DNA from: an uncultured Armatimonadetes bacterium
Lineage (GTDB): Bacteria; Armatimonadota; Hebobacteria; Hebobacterales; Hebobacteraceae
Assembly (NCBI GenBank): GCA_963716175.1
Contig: OY970296.1
Span: 2,144,001 to 2,208,000 of the forward strand
Length of the DNA: 64,000 nucleotides
Direction of reading: 5' to 3'
Shown: one piece after another, positions 18,832 to 29,459 of the stretch
How positions within the stretch are numbered: position 1 is the first letter of the stretch
Layout: each line of letters starts with the position of its first letter
Made by a program: the position numbers and the translations under genes
Notes under the pieces: generated by a model
The model's database searches: none
The model's input: only the letters and a program-made list of their open reading frames with translations
Told to the model about the DNA's origin: nothing

Positions 18832-20808
18832 ATGACAGACGGCGAGCTGACATCTGGCGGCAACGCAAACGCTGGGAATACCGAGCGGCCGCCGCGGGGT
18901 CGCCGGCGGACTCTCAGAGCCCGCGCGGTGGTGCTGGCCCTCGCCCTGGTCCCGCCCGGCGTCTTCTTGATGGTGTGGAGCGACTGGGTGGCGGGCGGCG
19001 GCTCGGCCGTGGATTCCCTCATCTCGAGTGCCGTTGCCGGCCTCTCGCTGCTAGTCGCGATCAACTATGGCCTCAGGAGATGGAGGCCGCGGTGGGCGCT
19101 CTCGGGCGGAGAGCTGATCGTGGTCTACGTGGCGCTCGTGATCAGCATCGGCATCACCGCCAGCGTTTGGGACTGGGGCACGTCGGTCGCCACCGTGATC
19201 ACCTGGCCCATCTGGAACGCTAGCCCTGAGAACCAGTGGTACGACCTGATCTGGCCCAACCTGCCGAGTTGGCTCACAGTCCCCAACCGGGACGCGCTGA
19301 CGGGGTTCTTCCTGGGCGAGAGCAGCCCCTACCAGGCGGGTATCCTGCGCGCCTGGCTGCCAGCGATCTTCTGGTGGACGGCCTGGGCGACGGCCCTGGT
19401 CTGGGTGTCTCTGTGCCTAAATGTGATCGTGCGGCGGCGCTGGTCGCAGGAAGAGCAGCTTCCTTTCCCCATGACCATTCTCCCGCTCCAGATGACCGGC
19501 CCCGCCAAGGGTGGGCTGTTCGACAGCTCTCTCTGGTGGGTGGGGGTGTTCGGAGCCGCCGGCATCGGTTTGATCAACCTGATCGCGCGCTTCGTGCCCG
19601 CCTTCCCCGGGATTCCCCTGTCGGTGGACCTGACCAATGCGATGACGAACAATAAGCCCTGGGACGCGCTCCGCACGCCCTACCTGGGCTGGTCGCCGTG
19701 GAATATCGGGCTCTCCTACCTCATGCCCGTGGACCTGGCCTTCTCCATGATCGTGTTCAACATCGGCTGGCGGGCGGAGTACGTGATCACGCGCATGTTG
19801 GGATGGACCACCAGCCCGTACGGCGGCTTCCCCTATGGCGACCAGCAATCCATCGGCTGCTATCTGGCGCTGATGATCTCGGTGGTGTGGCTGGACCGCC
19901 ATTACCTGGGCCAGGTGGTGCGCAAGGCGGTGGGGCTGCGCTCTGTGGCGGATGACCGCGAGGAGGCCTTCGGCTACCGCACCGCGGTCTTCGGCGCCTT
20001 GGGCGGGCTGGCCTTCCTCTGGTATTTCCTCGCCCGCGCGGGCCTGCACAGCGAGATCTGCGCCCTTTTCCTGTTTCTCTACTTCGTGATGGCGATGGCC
20101 ATGAGCCGGATGCGCGCCCACCTGGGGCCGCCCAATCACGAGATGTATGGGACCATGCCAATCTTTGTGCTCACCCAATTCCCCGGGACGCGCGGGCTGG
20201 GGCCCCGGGCCTTGAGCACGCTCGCGCTGATGCGGCCGTACATGGGGGAGCAGCGCCCCAATCCCACGCCGGCGCAGCTCGAAGCCCTGCGGATGGCGGA
20301 GCGCGCTCCCATCAGCCCCTCGGGCATGGCCTGGGTGATGATGGCCGTGGTGCCGGTGACCATGATCTGCTATTTCTGGGCGAGCCTGCACGTGGGCTAT
20401 CACCTGGGCCTGGGCAGCGCCCGCGTCAGCCAGAGCCTGATCTTCGTGGCCCGCGAGGCCTCGCAGGAGCTCGAGGCCTGGCTGCGCACCCCGGGTGGAC
20501 CCAACTGGGGTGGAGTGGAGGCGATCGGGGTAGGCCTGGTCGGCACCCTGGTGCTGATGGCGCTCAAGCTGCAGCTCCCGATGTGGCCTCTGCATCCCGT
20601 GGCCTTCCCCCTGGCCTTCTGCTTTCCCATAGACGCCATGCTGCCCGCGATTGTCATCAGCTGGCTGGCTAAGACCCTGCTGCTGCGCTATGGGGGCCTG
20701 CGCGCCCACCGCCGGGCGCTGCCGTTCTTCCTCGGGCTGATCGTGGGCGGCGCCACCATGGACCTGGCGGAGTCTATCGTGTTCCGTATCGTGGGCCTGC
20801 GCGGTTAG
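18832..20808 (+). CDS. Large polytopic membrane protein (DUF6785/DUF6784-like, putative transporter)
   Basis: 658 aa with many TM segments; W...E.L.FP, WPLHP, PFFLGLI.G motifs. Confidence 0.65.
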   Translation: MTDGELTSGGNANAGNTERPPRGRRRTLRARAVVLALALVPPGVFLMVWSDWVAGGGSAVDSLISSAVAGLSLLVAINYGLRRWRPRWALSGGELIVVYVALVISIGITASVWDWGTSVATVITWPIWNASPENQWYDLIWPNLPSWLTVPNRDALTGFFLGESSPYQAGILRAWLPAIFWWTAWATALVWVSLCLNVIVRRRWSQEEQLPFPMTILPLQMTGPAKGGLFDSSLWWVGVFGAAGIGLINLIARFVPAFPGIPLSVDLTNAMTNNKPWDALRTPYLGWSPWNIGLSYLMPVDLAFSMIVFNIGWRAEYVITRMLGWTTSPYGGFPYGDQQSIGCYLALMISVVWLDRHYLGQVVRKAVGLRSVADDREEAFGYRTAVFGALGGLAFLWYFLARAGLHSEICALFLFLYFVMAMAMSRMRAHLGPPNHEMYGTMPIFVLTQFPGTRGLGPRALSTLALMRPYMGEQRPNPTPAQLEALRMAERAPISPSGMAWVMMAVVPVTMICYFWASLHVGYHLGLGSARVSQSLIFVAREASQELEAWLRTPGGPNWGGVEAIGVGLVGTLVLMALKLQLPMWPLHPVAFPLAFCFPIDAMLPAIVISWLAKTLLLRYGGLRAHRRALPFFLGLIVGGATMDLAESIVFRIVGLRG

Positions 20809-20870
20809 CCAGGCCTCTGTCGAGCAGGGGCTTACCCCTGTCACCCTTGGTCCCGTCAGGGAGGGTTGCC

Positions 20871-21965
20871 ATGGCTGTGCAGCTAGAGAAACGCCGATTA
20901 GGGAAGACCGGGCTGGAGGTCACGGTCCTGGGGTTCGGCGCGATCAAGTTTCCTCACATCTCGGCCGCAGAGGCGGCGGCCTCTGTAGACCGCGCGCTCG
21001 ATCTGGGCATCAGCTTCCTGGACACCGCTCGCGGCTATGGCGATAGTGAAGCCAAGATCGGGCCGGTGCTGAAGCGCCGGCGAGACCAGGTCTACATCGC
21101 CACGAAGACCGGCAAGCGCACCGCGAGAGAAGCGATGGGCGAGCTGGAGACCAGCTTGCGCAATCTCCAGACCGATTACCTCGACCTCTACCAGTCCCAC
21201 TGGGTCTGCAATGACGAGGCCCTGGATGCGGTGCTGGCGCCGGGAGGCGCGTTGGAGACCTTCATCAAGGCGAAGAGCCAGGGAAAGATCCGCCACTATG
21301 GGATCACCATGCACCGCCACCACTCCGCCATCCGACGCGCCATCCAGTCCGATCTCTTCGAGACCATCATGCTCGCCTACAACCCGATTGATGAGGAAGG
21401 CGTGGGACCGGAGCTGATCCCGCTGGCCTCCCAGCACCAGATGGGTGTCATCATCATGAAGCCGCTGTCAGGAGGATTGCTGGTTTCGCCTCCCGGATTG
21501 GCGCGGGTGGACGGCCTCGACCCGCTGGTGGCCGGAACCTTGCGGGGCATCGCGGCGAACCCGCACGTGACCACAGTGATCCCGGGCATGATCAGCCCAC
21601 AGCAGGTGGACGAGAACCACCGCGCCATCACCACCGCCCAGGCCTTCGACGAGACCGCGCGGCGGCGGCTGTTCGAGGCGGTGGCGGCGATGAAGAAGGA
21701 GCTGCGTTACGGGCAGCTCTGCCTGGGCTGCGGCTACTGCGCGCCCTGCCGGCAAGGCATTGACATCCCCAGGGTCTTCCGGGCGCTCTATATGCACCAG
21801 AGCTATCCCGAGGACCAGCGCTTCATGGGCCGGGAGCTATATGACGAACTGGCGGTGCCGCCGGATGCCTGCGAGGAATGCGGCGAATGCCTGGAGCGCT
21901 GCCCGGCCGGCATTGATATCCCCGCCCGCCTGCGCGAAGCCCTCGCCGCCTTCGCCAAACGGTAG
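20871..21965 (+). CDS. Aldo/keto reductase with C-terminal 4Fe-4S dicluster domain
   Basis: LGKTGLEV, DTARGYG.SE, IATK, MKPL.GG; CxxCxxCxxC and CxxCxxCxxxCP. Confidence 0.9.
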   Translation: MAVQLEKRRLGKTGLEVTVLGFGAIKFPHISAAEAAASVDRALDLGISFLDTARGYGDSEAKIGPVLKRRRDQVYIATKTGKRTAREAMGELETSLRNLQTDYLDLYQSHWVCNDEALDAVLAPGGALETFIKAKSQGKIRHYGITMHRHHSAIRRAIQSDLFETIMLAYNPIDEEGVGPELIPLASQHQMGVIIMKPLSGGLLVSPPGLARVDGLDPLVAGTLRGIAANPHVTTVIPGMISPQQVDENHRAITTAQAFDETARRRLFEAVAAMKKELRYGQLCLGCGYCAPCRQGIDIPRVFRALYMHQSYPEDQRFMGRELYDELAVPPDACEECGECLERCPAGIDIPARLREALAAFAKR

Positions 21966-22028
21966 GGCAGGTCCCCGACCTGCCCACGCGCTGCCTGCCC
22001 CAGTAGGGCAGGTCCGCGACCTGCCCAC
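21962..22028 (+). repeat. Tandem GTAG-type REP-like hairpins
   Basis: GTAGGGCAGGTCC(C/G)CGACCTGCCCAC at 21962 and 22003 (41-bp period). Confidence 0.8.
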
Positions 22029-22060
22029 CCGCCGCAGGCGGGCTGTCCCGAAGCATACCC

Positions 22061-23203
22061 CTAGCAAGAAGCCCCGAGCGCCTCACCGCTCTGCCCGCGC
22101 GCTGCGGCGCTGACATGGTGGTACCAGCAGAACATGGTCAGACAGAGCCAGACACCGAGGACGGAGGTCCAGCCATCCTTCGCGAGCAGCCAGGGCACGA
22201 TTGAGAAATCCGCGATTCGGAGCGCCGGGTTGGGACCCGCGAGCGACCGGGCGAGAAGGGTGAGCGGCGTGATGAGCAGAGCCTGCAGGGCCAGGAAACC
22301 GGCCCACAGCGTAAGAGCCGTGGCAAGGGTGCGCCAGACCAAGCGAATGCTCTGCTTGATGGCGGCGATCACGGAGAGATCGCTGGCGACTATGGCGTAG
22401 AGCGATAGCGAGAGCAGAACGCCGAGCACGGGCGCGACCCAACGTGGCCAGAGAGCACGGACATCCCACAGTTCGAGGGGCAGCAGCGCCACCACATAGA
22501 GTGGCCAGTAGGCCACTACCAGGAAAAGCACTGAGAACAGCCAGAATCGCCACCAACGGCGCTTAGCACTGGGGAAGAAGCATTGCCAAGAGACTCCGCC
22601 TGCAGCGACAGCGGCCCCCACGACCGCATAGTAGCCGGCAAGGAGAAAGGCGGCTGGCAGCATGACGACGAGCACGCCCGGTGCTGTGATGACCATCTCA
22701 GCAGTGCCAGGGCCGGATTCGTTGACCTTGCGCTTCGATGCCAGCGCGGCACCAATCAGCCCATCGAATGATGGTGCTTCAATGGGAGCGGCCAGGATGC
22801 TCTGCCGGACGACCTCGACGCGCGCCCTGGGCACACTGGCGGGGAGCACCGTCTGCTCGATCTGCCGAGCCAAGTCACGCCCCCAGGCGGTATGGTGGTA
22901 GGTGTAATACTCGCCACCCAGGCGCTCAACCACGTTGAAACACGCGATCGCAAGTGGCAACAACAGCAAGGAGGGACTGCGCCTAAGGAGTTGTAGCGCC
23001 CGGCGTGCATGCACAATTGCTGCAGTCACATCGGCGGCGAGCTTGCGCGCCAGCGGGGTGAGCCTCCGCACAACCGGTGGGAGGTGTTCTCGCCAGTCGC
23101 GCTCCGGCAGTATGGGCCGCTCATCCACCAGCGCCACCGCGCACTTTGCACAGGTGCTGAACCCCTCTCTGAACTCTGCCCCGCACTGCGGACACCATGG
23201 CAT
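22061..23203 (-). CDS. Membrane protein with N-terminal zinc ribbon
   Basis: MPWCPQC...C..C, then several TM helices; SD GGAG upstream. Confidence 0.7.
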   Translation of the reverse strand: MPWCPQCGAEFREGFSTCAKCAVALVDERPILPERDWREHLPPVVRRLTPLARKLAADVTAAIVHARRALQLLRRSPSLLLLPLAIACFNVVERLGGEYYTYHHTAWGRDLARQIEQTVLPASVPRARVEVVRQSILAAPIEAPSFDGLIGAALASKRKVNESGPGTAEMVITAPGVLVVMLPAAFLLAGYYAVVGAAVAAGGVSWQCFFPSAKRRWWRFWLFSVLFLVVAYWPLYVVALLPLELWDVRALWPRWVAPVLGVLLSLSLYAIVASDLSVIAAIKQSIRLVWRTLATALTLWAGFLALQALLITPLTLLARSLAGPNPALRIADFSIVPWLLAKDGWTSVLGVWLCLTMFCWYHHVSAAARGQSGEALGASC

Positions 23204-23220
23204 CTCCCCCTCCTCTCAGA

Positions 23221-24186
23221 TCAGAGGCTGATCGTCCTTCCCTCCTGCACCGCCTCCGCGAGGGCCACCGAGTCCACCGCCTCCTGGGGCGAGGGAGAGG
23301 GCCTCCGCCCGTCCCGCAAGGCCGAGAGAAACTGCACTGCTTCGCCGTAGAAGCCGCTGTTGATGAAGCCCGGCTCGACCGGCCAGATCTCCGAGTCCAC
23401 CCGCTTCCCGTTCACCCACAACTCGGCGCGGCCATCAGCCACCTCCCAGGGGAGCGTGAAAGCGATGGTGCAATCGCGCCCGAAGAGGGCATAGGTTTCG
23501 TCCACCAAGCCACAGGTCGGGAGGATGTCGCAGCGGCCGCGCGCGCCCGAGCCGAAGTCGAGGTCAACGTGGAAGTTCAGGATCCCTCCGCTGGGCTCGA
23601 CGCGGGTAGTATGAGCGGCGCGAACCCCACCCATGGCGGCCTCGGCGAGTGCTCGCACGCAGTCCAGCAGATGAATGCCGGTGCCGAAGGCGAACTGCTC
23701 GTCCCGGCGCTGGGCGCGCAGCATGCGGGCATAGAGGTACTCGAAGGGGCCATGTGCTTCCGCCCAGGCGAGAGCCTTCCGGGTGCAGGGCGCCCAGCGC
23801 CGGTTGAAAGCGACCATGTTCGGCACCCCGGTGCGCTCTGAAATCCGGGCCAGCTCCTGCGCTTCTCGCAGGTTCCTGCCCGGCGGCTTCTCGAAAAAGG
23901 TCGGGATGCTCCGCTCCATCACCTGTCCGGCCAGGCGTCGGGTAAGCTCGATGGGCACCACCACCCAGCAGGCATCTGGCTGCACTTCATCGAGCATCGC
24001 CTGCGCGTCACTATAGGCGCGGGCGAAGCCAAACTCCCGGCTGAACAGGTGGGCCCGCTCCGGCCGCAGATCGCAGACTGCGGCCAGCGCGATCTCGCCT
24101 GGGTGTTCTTTGGCGTAACGGGCCAAAGAGGGCCCGTGCACGTGCTCTGAGTGTGAACCGGCCCCGATCAGCGCGATCTTGCGCAT
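23221..24186 (-). CDS. Gfo/Idh/MocA family oxidoreductase
   Basis: IALIGAG, EKP, AFNRRW, GIHLLD. Confidence 0.9.
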   Translation of the reverse strand: MRKIALIGAGSHSEHVHGPSLARYAKEHPGEIALAAVCDLRPERAHLFSREFGFARAYSDAQAMLDEVQPDACWVVVPIELTRRLAGQVMERSIPTFFEKPPGRNLREAQELARISERTGVPNMVAFNRRWAPCTRKALAWAEAHGPFEYLYARMLRAQRRDEQFAFGTGIHLLDCVRALAEAAMGGVRAAHTTRVEPSGGILNFHVDLDFGSGARGRCDILPTCGLVDETYALFGRDCTIAFTLPWEVADGRAELWVNGKRVDSEIWPVEPGFINSGFYGEAVQFLSALRDGRRPSPSPQEAVDSVALAEAVQEGRTISL

Positions 24187-24474
24187 GCTGGCATCCCTCC
24201 CGGGCAATCCCCCGCCAATTTCCCTGACTTGGTCCTCTGCCCCTGCCTGGATCATCCCCGTAGGTTCCCTGGCACGCACCCGGCCATGCTGTCCGGATTG
24301 GGCAACAGGTGAAAGCTGTCAGGACGTGGTAAAGATAGACCGCGGGCGGGCGGAGGATGTGGGACCGGTTGTGAGAGGTGGGTTCTTTTCGGGTATCATC
24401 GTTAAGGTCCCCCCGGTGAGATGGCAGAGCTGCTCGTTCGCCCGTCAGTCGGGCCGGGGGACAGGAGAGGCGGC

Positions 24475-25080
24475 ATGCTTTACATCCCTAGCGTAGTCGA
24501 GCAGACTCCCCGTGGGGAGAGGTCGTGGGACCTCTTCTCCCGGTTGCTCCAGAACCGGATCATCTTCATCGGCAGTGACATCAATGATGTGGTAGCGAGC
24601 CTGGTGATCGGTCAGCTCTTCTACCTGCAGAATGAGGACACCGGCAAAGATATCGAGATGTACATCAACAGCAACGGTGGCGAGGTGCCGGCGGGGCTGG
24701 CGATCTACGACACCATGCAGATCATCATCCCGGACATCTGCACTTACTGCATGGGCAAGGCGTGCAGCATGGCCGCGCTGCTGCTGGCGGCCGGTGCCAA
24801 CGGCAAGCGGCGCGCCCTGCCCAACTCGCGGGTGCTGATCCACCAGCCCTTGAGCAGCGCTTACGGTCAGGTGACCGAGATCGAGATCTTCACCCGGGAG
24901 CTGCTGCGCACCCGCGACCGGATCAACCAGATCCTGGCCTATCACACTGGCCAGGATGTGGAGACCATTCGCCGGGATACGGAACGAGACTTCTGGATGA
25001 CGGCGGAAGAGGCCAAGGCCTATGGCATCGTGGACGAGGTGCTGGAGATGCGCGCCGCCAAGGCCAGGCCACACGACTAG
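24475..25080 (+). CDS. clpP: ATP-dependent Clp protease proteolytic subunit
   Basis: [25 protein letters not shown] (Ser), IHQP (His), ERDFWM (Asp). Confidence 0.96.
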   Translation: MLYIPSVVEQTPRGERSWDLFSRLLQNRIIFIGSDINDVVASLVIGQLFYLQNEDTGKDIEMYINSNGGEVPAGLAIYDTMQIIIPDICTYCMGKACSMAALLLAAGANGKRRALPNSRVLIHQPLSSAYGQVTEIEIFTRELLRTRDRINQILAYHTGQDVETIRRDTERDFWMTAEEAKAYGIVDEVLEMRAAKARPHD

Positions 25081-25122
25081 CGCCAACGATAGCCCGGAGA
25101 GGAACTCAGCAGGGAGAGTGGG

Positions 25123-26432
25123 ATGCGGACACGGCAACCCGAGCCCCAGTGTTCATTCTGCGGCAAGACACAAAGCGAGGTGGGCGGCCGTCTGATCGCC
25201 GGCGACGGCGTGTTCATCTGTGCCGAATGCACCGCGCTCTGCCACGAGCTGCTCCAGGATGAGCAGCGCCCCGCGGTGGCGGAGCGAGACCAGATCTTCG
25301 AGCTGCCCATCCCGACCCCCAAGGAGATCTATCAGTCCCTGAGCGAGTATGTGATCGGCCAAGAGTACGCCCGCCGGGTGCTCTCGGTCGCGGTGTATAA
25401 CCACTACAAACGCATCCAGATGCAGCAGGCCGAGGAGGAGGTCGAGCTTCAGAAGAGCAACATTCTGCTGATCGGCCCCACTGGCAGCGGCAAGACGCTG
25501 CTGGCGCAGACCCTGGCCAAGATTCTCGATGTGCCGTTCTGCATCACCGATGCCACCACCCTCACCGAGGCGGGCTATGTGGGTGAGGACGTGGAGAACA
25601 TCCTGCTCAAGCTCTACCAGGCGGCCGACTGCAATACCGAGCGTGCCCAACGGGGCATCGTCTACATTGATGAGATAGACAAGATCGCACGCAAGAGCGA
25701 GAACCGCTCCATCACCCGGGACGTCAGTGGAGAGGGGGTCCAGCAGGCCCTGCTCAAGATCCTGGAGGGGACGGTGGCCAACATTCCGCCCCAGGGGGGC
25801 CGCAAGCACCCACAGCAGGAGTATCTGCAGATGGACTCGACTGATATCCTGTTCCTCTGCGGTGGCACCTTCGAGGGACTGGAGGAGACGATTCGGCGCC
25901 GCACCGACGACGGCCGGCCTTCGGCCTGCGGCAGAACGTGAAGCCGCAGCACCAGCGACCCCTGGGGGAGGTGCTGCGCGAGGTGCTGCCGGAGGACCTG
26001 CTCAGGTTCGGGTTCATCCCGGAGTTCGTGGGGCGGCTGCCGGTGGTGGCGACGCTGGATGCGCTGGACAAGCAGGCCCTGCTGCGGATCCTGGTGGAGC
26101 CCAAGAACGCGCTGGTGCAGCAGTACCGCAAGTACCTGGAGTGGGACGGCGTAGAGCTGGAGTTTACACAGGACGCGCTGGAGGAGATCGCCGAGCAGGC
26201 CCTGGCACGGGGCACGGGGGCCCGCGCCCTGCGCACCATCATTGAGGAGGTAATGCTGGATATCATGTACGAGGTGCCTTCCCGCCGCGGGACCGGCAAG
26301 TGCCTGGTGACGGCCGAGGCCGTGCGCCGCCAGCAGCCGGCGCGGCTTACCGGCTCCATTGTGAGTGAGGCCCCCCGCTCGGAGTCCGAGGCCGCGCCCT
26401 CCGCGGAAGCCCAGGAGCGCCGGGCGGGCTGA
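25123..26432 (+). CDS. clpX: Clp protease ATPase ClpX, split by a -1 frameshift near 25905-25920
   Basis: C4 zinc finger, [23 protein letters not shown] in ORF 25123-25941; [19 protein letters not shown] in ORF 25938-26432. Confidence 0.93.
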
Positions 26433-26458
26433 GGTGGCGGTGAGCAAGGAGGCCCTGT

Positions 26459-28922
26459 GTGGCTGAGATGAGCGAAACCAGAGTTCTCACCCCGGAAGAG
26501 ATCGGGCAGAAGGCGGGAGCGATCCCCGACGAAGTGCCGGTCCTGCCCACCCGAGGAGCGGTCATCTATCCCTATCTGGTGGTGCCGCTCTTCGTAGGGC
26601 GGCCGCGGTCGGTGGAGGCGCTGGAAGCTGCGACCCGGGAGGGCCAGCGCATTGCGCTGGTGGCCCAGCGCAATGTGGATGTGGACGACCCCGGCCCGGA
26701 CGATATCTACACCATCGGCACCCTGGGAGAGGTCGTCACCCTGCTGCGGCTTCCGGACAGCACCATCCGGGTGATGATCCAAGGGTTCGACCGGGTGCGG
26801 ATCAAGGGGTTTGTGCATAGTGATCCCTACCTTCGGGCGCACATCGAAACCGCGCCGGAGATCGAGGAGCCGGGGATCGAGACCGAAGCCCTGGTGCGCA
26901 ATGTGGTGGCGCAGTTCGAACGCCTGATCAACCTGGGCAAGAGCTTGCCCGCGGAAGCGCTGGAAACGGCGCGGCGCATGAGCGATCCGGGACGGCTGGC
27001 CGACCTGATCGCCTACTACACCCAGATCCCGGTGGAGGTGAAGCAGCAGATCCTGGAGGCGGCCAACCAGCGGGAGCGGCTGGAGATCCTGGCCAATGTG
27101 CTCAACCGGGAGATCGAGATCCTGGAGGTCGAGCGCAAGATCAGCTCGCGGGTGAAGAAGGAGCTGGAGGACTCCCAGAAAGAGTTCTACCTGCGGGAGA
27201 AGATGAAGGCGATCCAGCAGGAGCTGGGCGAGCGCGACGAGCGGACCGGCGAGATCGAGGAGCTGCGGAGCCGGATCGCGGCCGCCAAGATGCCGAACGA
27301 GGTAGAGGAGCGAGCGCTCAAAGAGGTGGAGCGGCTGGAGCGAATGCCTCCCGCCTCCCCCGAGGTGGTGGTGGTGCGCACCTACCTGGACTGGCTGATC
27401 GCCATGCCCTGGAGCGTGCGGAGCGAGGAGAAGCTGGACATCATCGCCGCCGAGCGCATCCTGCACGAGGACCACTACGGGCTGAAGAAGATCAAGGAAA
27501 GGGTGCTCGAATTCCTGGCGGTGCGGAAGCTCGCCAAGGCGGTGAAGGGCCCGATCCTCTGCTTCCTCGGCCCCCCGGGGGTGGGCAAGACCTCCATGGG
27601 CCGGTCCATCGCCCGCGCCACCGGGCGGAAGTTCGTTCGCATCTCCCTGGGCGGGGTGCGGGATGAAGGCGAGATCCGGGGCCACCGGCGCACCTATGTG
27701 GGCGCGCTGCCAGGCCGCATCGTGCAGGGACTGAAGACAGCAGGCACGCGGAATCCGGTGTTCATGATGGATGAGGTGGACAAGATCGGGATAGACTTCC
27801 GCGGCGACCCGGCGTCGGCGCTGCTGGAAGTGCTCGATCCCGAGCAGAACAACGCTTTCAGCGATCACTACCTGGAGGTGCCCCTCGATCTTTCCGAGGT
27901 GATGTTCATCACCACCGGAAACCTGATGGACCCGATCCCGCCAGCGCTGCGAGACCGGATGGAGATCATCGAGTTCCCGGGGTACATCGAGGAGGAGAAG
28001 CTGAAGATCGCGCAGCTCTTCCTCGTCCCCAAGCAGCTCAAGAACCACGGCCTGGAGCCCAAGCAGCTCGTGTTCACCGAGGCCGGGCTGCGCAGCGTCG
28101 ATTCGCGAGTACACGCGAGAGGCGGGAGTGCGCAACCTGGAGCGGGAGATCGCCTCCATCTGCCGCAAGGTGGCAAAGGGGGTGGCCCAGGAGAAGGTCA
28201 AGTCGGCTCGCGTCACCACCAGGTCAATCCGCGGCTACCTCGGGCAGCCGCGTTTCCGGTTCGGGGTGGCGGAGAAGGAAGACGAGGTGGGAGTGGCCAC
28301 TGGGCTGGGGGTGACGGAGTTCGGGGGCGATATCCTGTTCATCGAGGTGAGCCTGATGAAGGGCCGCGGTGGCCTGTTGCTGACCGGCCACCTAGGGGAC
28401 GTGATGCAGGAGTCGGGAAAGGCCGCCTTCAGCTATGCTCGCTCGCGGGCGGCCGAGCTCGGGATCAACGAGGACTTCTACCGCAGCACCGATGTCCACA
28501 TCCACGTGCCCGCGGGCCAGATCCCCAAGGACGGGCCCTCCGCCGGCATCACCATGGCGACGGCCTTGATCTCGGCCCTCACCCGCCGGCCGGTGCACCG
28601 CAATGTGGCGATGACCGGGGAGATCAGCCTGCGGGGCAAGGTGCTGCCGGTGGGCGGGATCAAGGAGAAGGTGCTGGCGGCGCACCGGGCGGGGCTGAAG
28701 ACGGTGATCCTGCCGAGAGACAATCAGCGGGACCTGGAGGAGATCCCGTCGCACGTCCAGCGCGACCTCAAGTTCCGCTTCGTCGAATACATGGACGAGG
28801 TGCTGTCCCTCGCCCTCCATGACAAGCCCCGGCGGGAGACGCGACCTGCCAAGCCGGCGGAAGCGCGAGTGGAACGAGACGCGGCCCAGCCGGTCCCTCA
28901 GCCGCCTGGGGCGGCGCTCTAA
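26459..28922 (+). CDS. lon: Lon protease, split by a +1 frameshift near 28100
   Basis: [21 protein letters not shown], then PKDGPSAG and GGIKEK in ORF 28128-28922; removing one base restores [14 protein letters not shown]. Confidence 0.95.
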
Positions 28923-28923
28923 T

Positions 28924-29020
28924 GGCGTTCGCACAAAGAGGTAATGTGCGAACGCCGCTCTGGGCCCGTCTGAGCAGTTGACTGAGCTTCGCCCGGTTAC
29001 TTCTTTGGGCGAAGCTCAGT
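28924..29020. terminator. Two strong hairpins between convergent lon and SCP2 genes
   Basis: GGCGTTCGCACA/TGTGCGAACGCC (28924-28956) and ACTGAGCTTCGCCC/GGGCGAAGCTCAGT (28981-29020); no poly-U tails. Confidence 0.5.
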
Positions 29021-29089
29021 AGTGCGCTGATCGGGCAGTCTCTGGCGGCCGGGCCCCCCGACGACGGGGCTCGCACCGCGGCCGCGCTT

Positions 29090-29440
29090 TCAGAACCCGA
29101 ACAGGCCCTGCAGGCGCAGGGCTAGCGACAGGTCCCCCTCAACTTGCACGCGGCCCTCGACAAAGGCCGCGTACCCATCGAGACGACCAGCTAGCAGGTC
29201 AACCCAGTCTAGGGCGGCCACGGTAATGGTGACATCGGGGCGCTCGGCCGCGCCCGGTGTCAGCAGGCACTGCCGGTTGGACACGGTCAGATGCCAGAGG
29301 CCGCCCTGGTCGCCTGTGAGGCGGAGCTGATAGACGGCGGTCAGGTCTTTCGCCTCTGCTTCGCGAAAGCGCTTTACCAGGCTGTTAAGGCTGGCTTCGG
29401 CCGCGCCCGGGGGCGGCCCGGCGATCGGTTCAGTTGACAT
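29090..29440 (-). CDS. SCP2 sterol/lipid-binding domain protein
   Basis: YQL.LTG..GG.W, PDVTI, G.LD...AF..G.....GDL.LA. Confidence 0.85.
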   Translation of the reverse strand: MSTEPIAGPPPGAAEASLNSLVKRFREAEAKDLTAVYQLRLTGDQGGLWHLTVSNRQCLLTPGAAERPDVTITVAALDWVDLLAGRLDGYAAFVEGRVQVEGDLSLALRLQGLFGF

Positions 29441-29459
29441 CGCGCACTCCCAGTTTTGC

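Noticed and set aside
24187-24474. Heat-shock operator (CIRCE or CtsR box) upstream of clpP
   Set aside because: No TTAGCACTC-N9-GAGTGCTAA or GTCAAA heptad repeats seen.
25905-28110. Programmed frameshifting in clpX or lon
   Set aside because: No slippery heptamer, mixed +1 and -1 directions, and similar breaks in unrelated genes favour sequencing error.
25754-28219. Long antisense and alternative-frame ORFs (for example 821 aa opposite lon, 557 aa at 42431, 475 aa at 19417)
   Set aside because: Shadow ORFs expected at high GC; they overlap well-supported genes and have no recognisable motifs.
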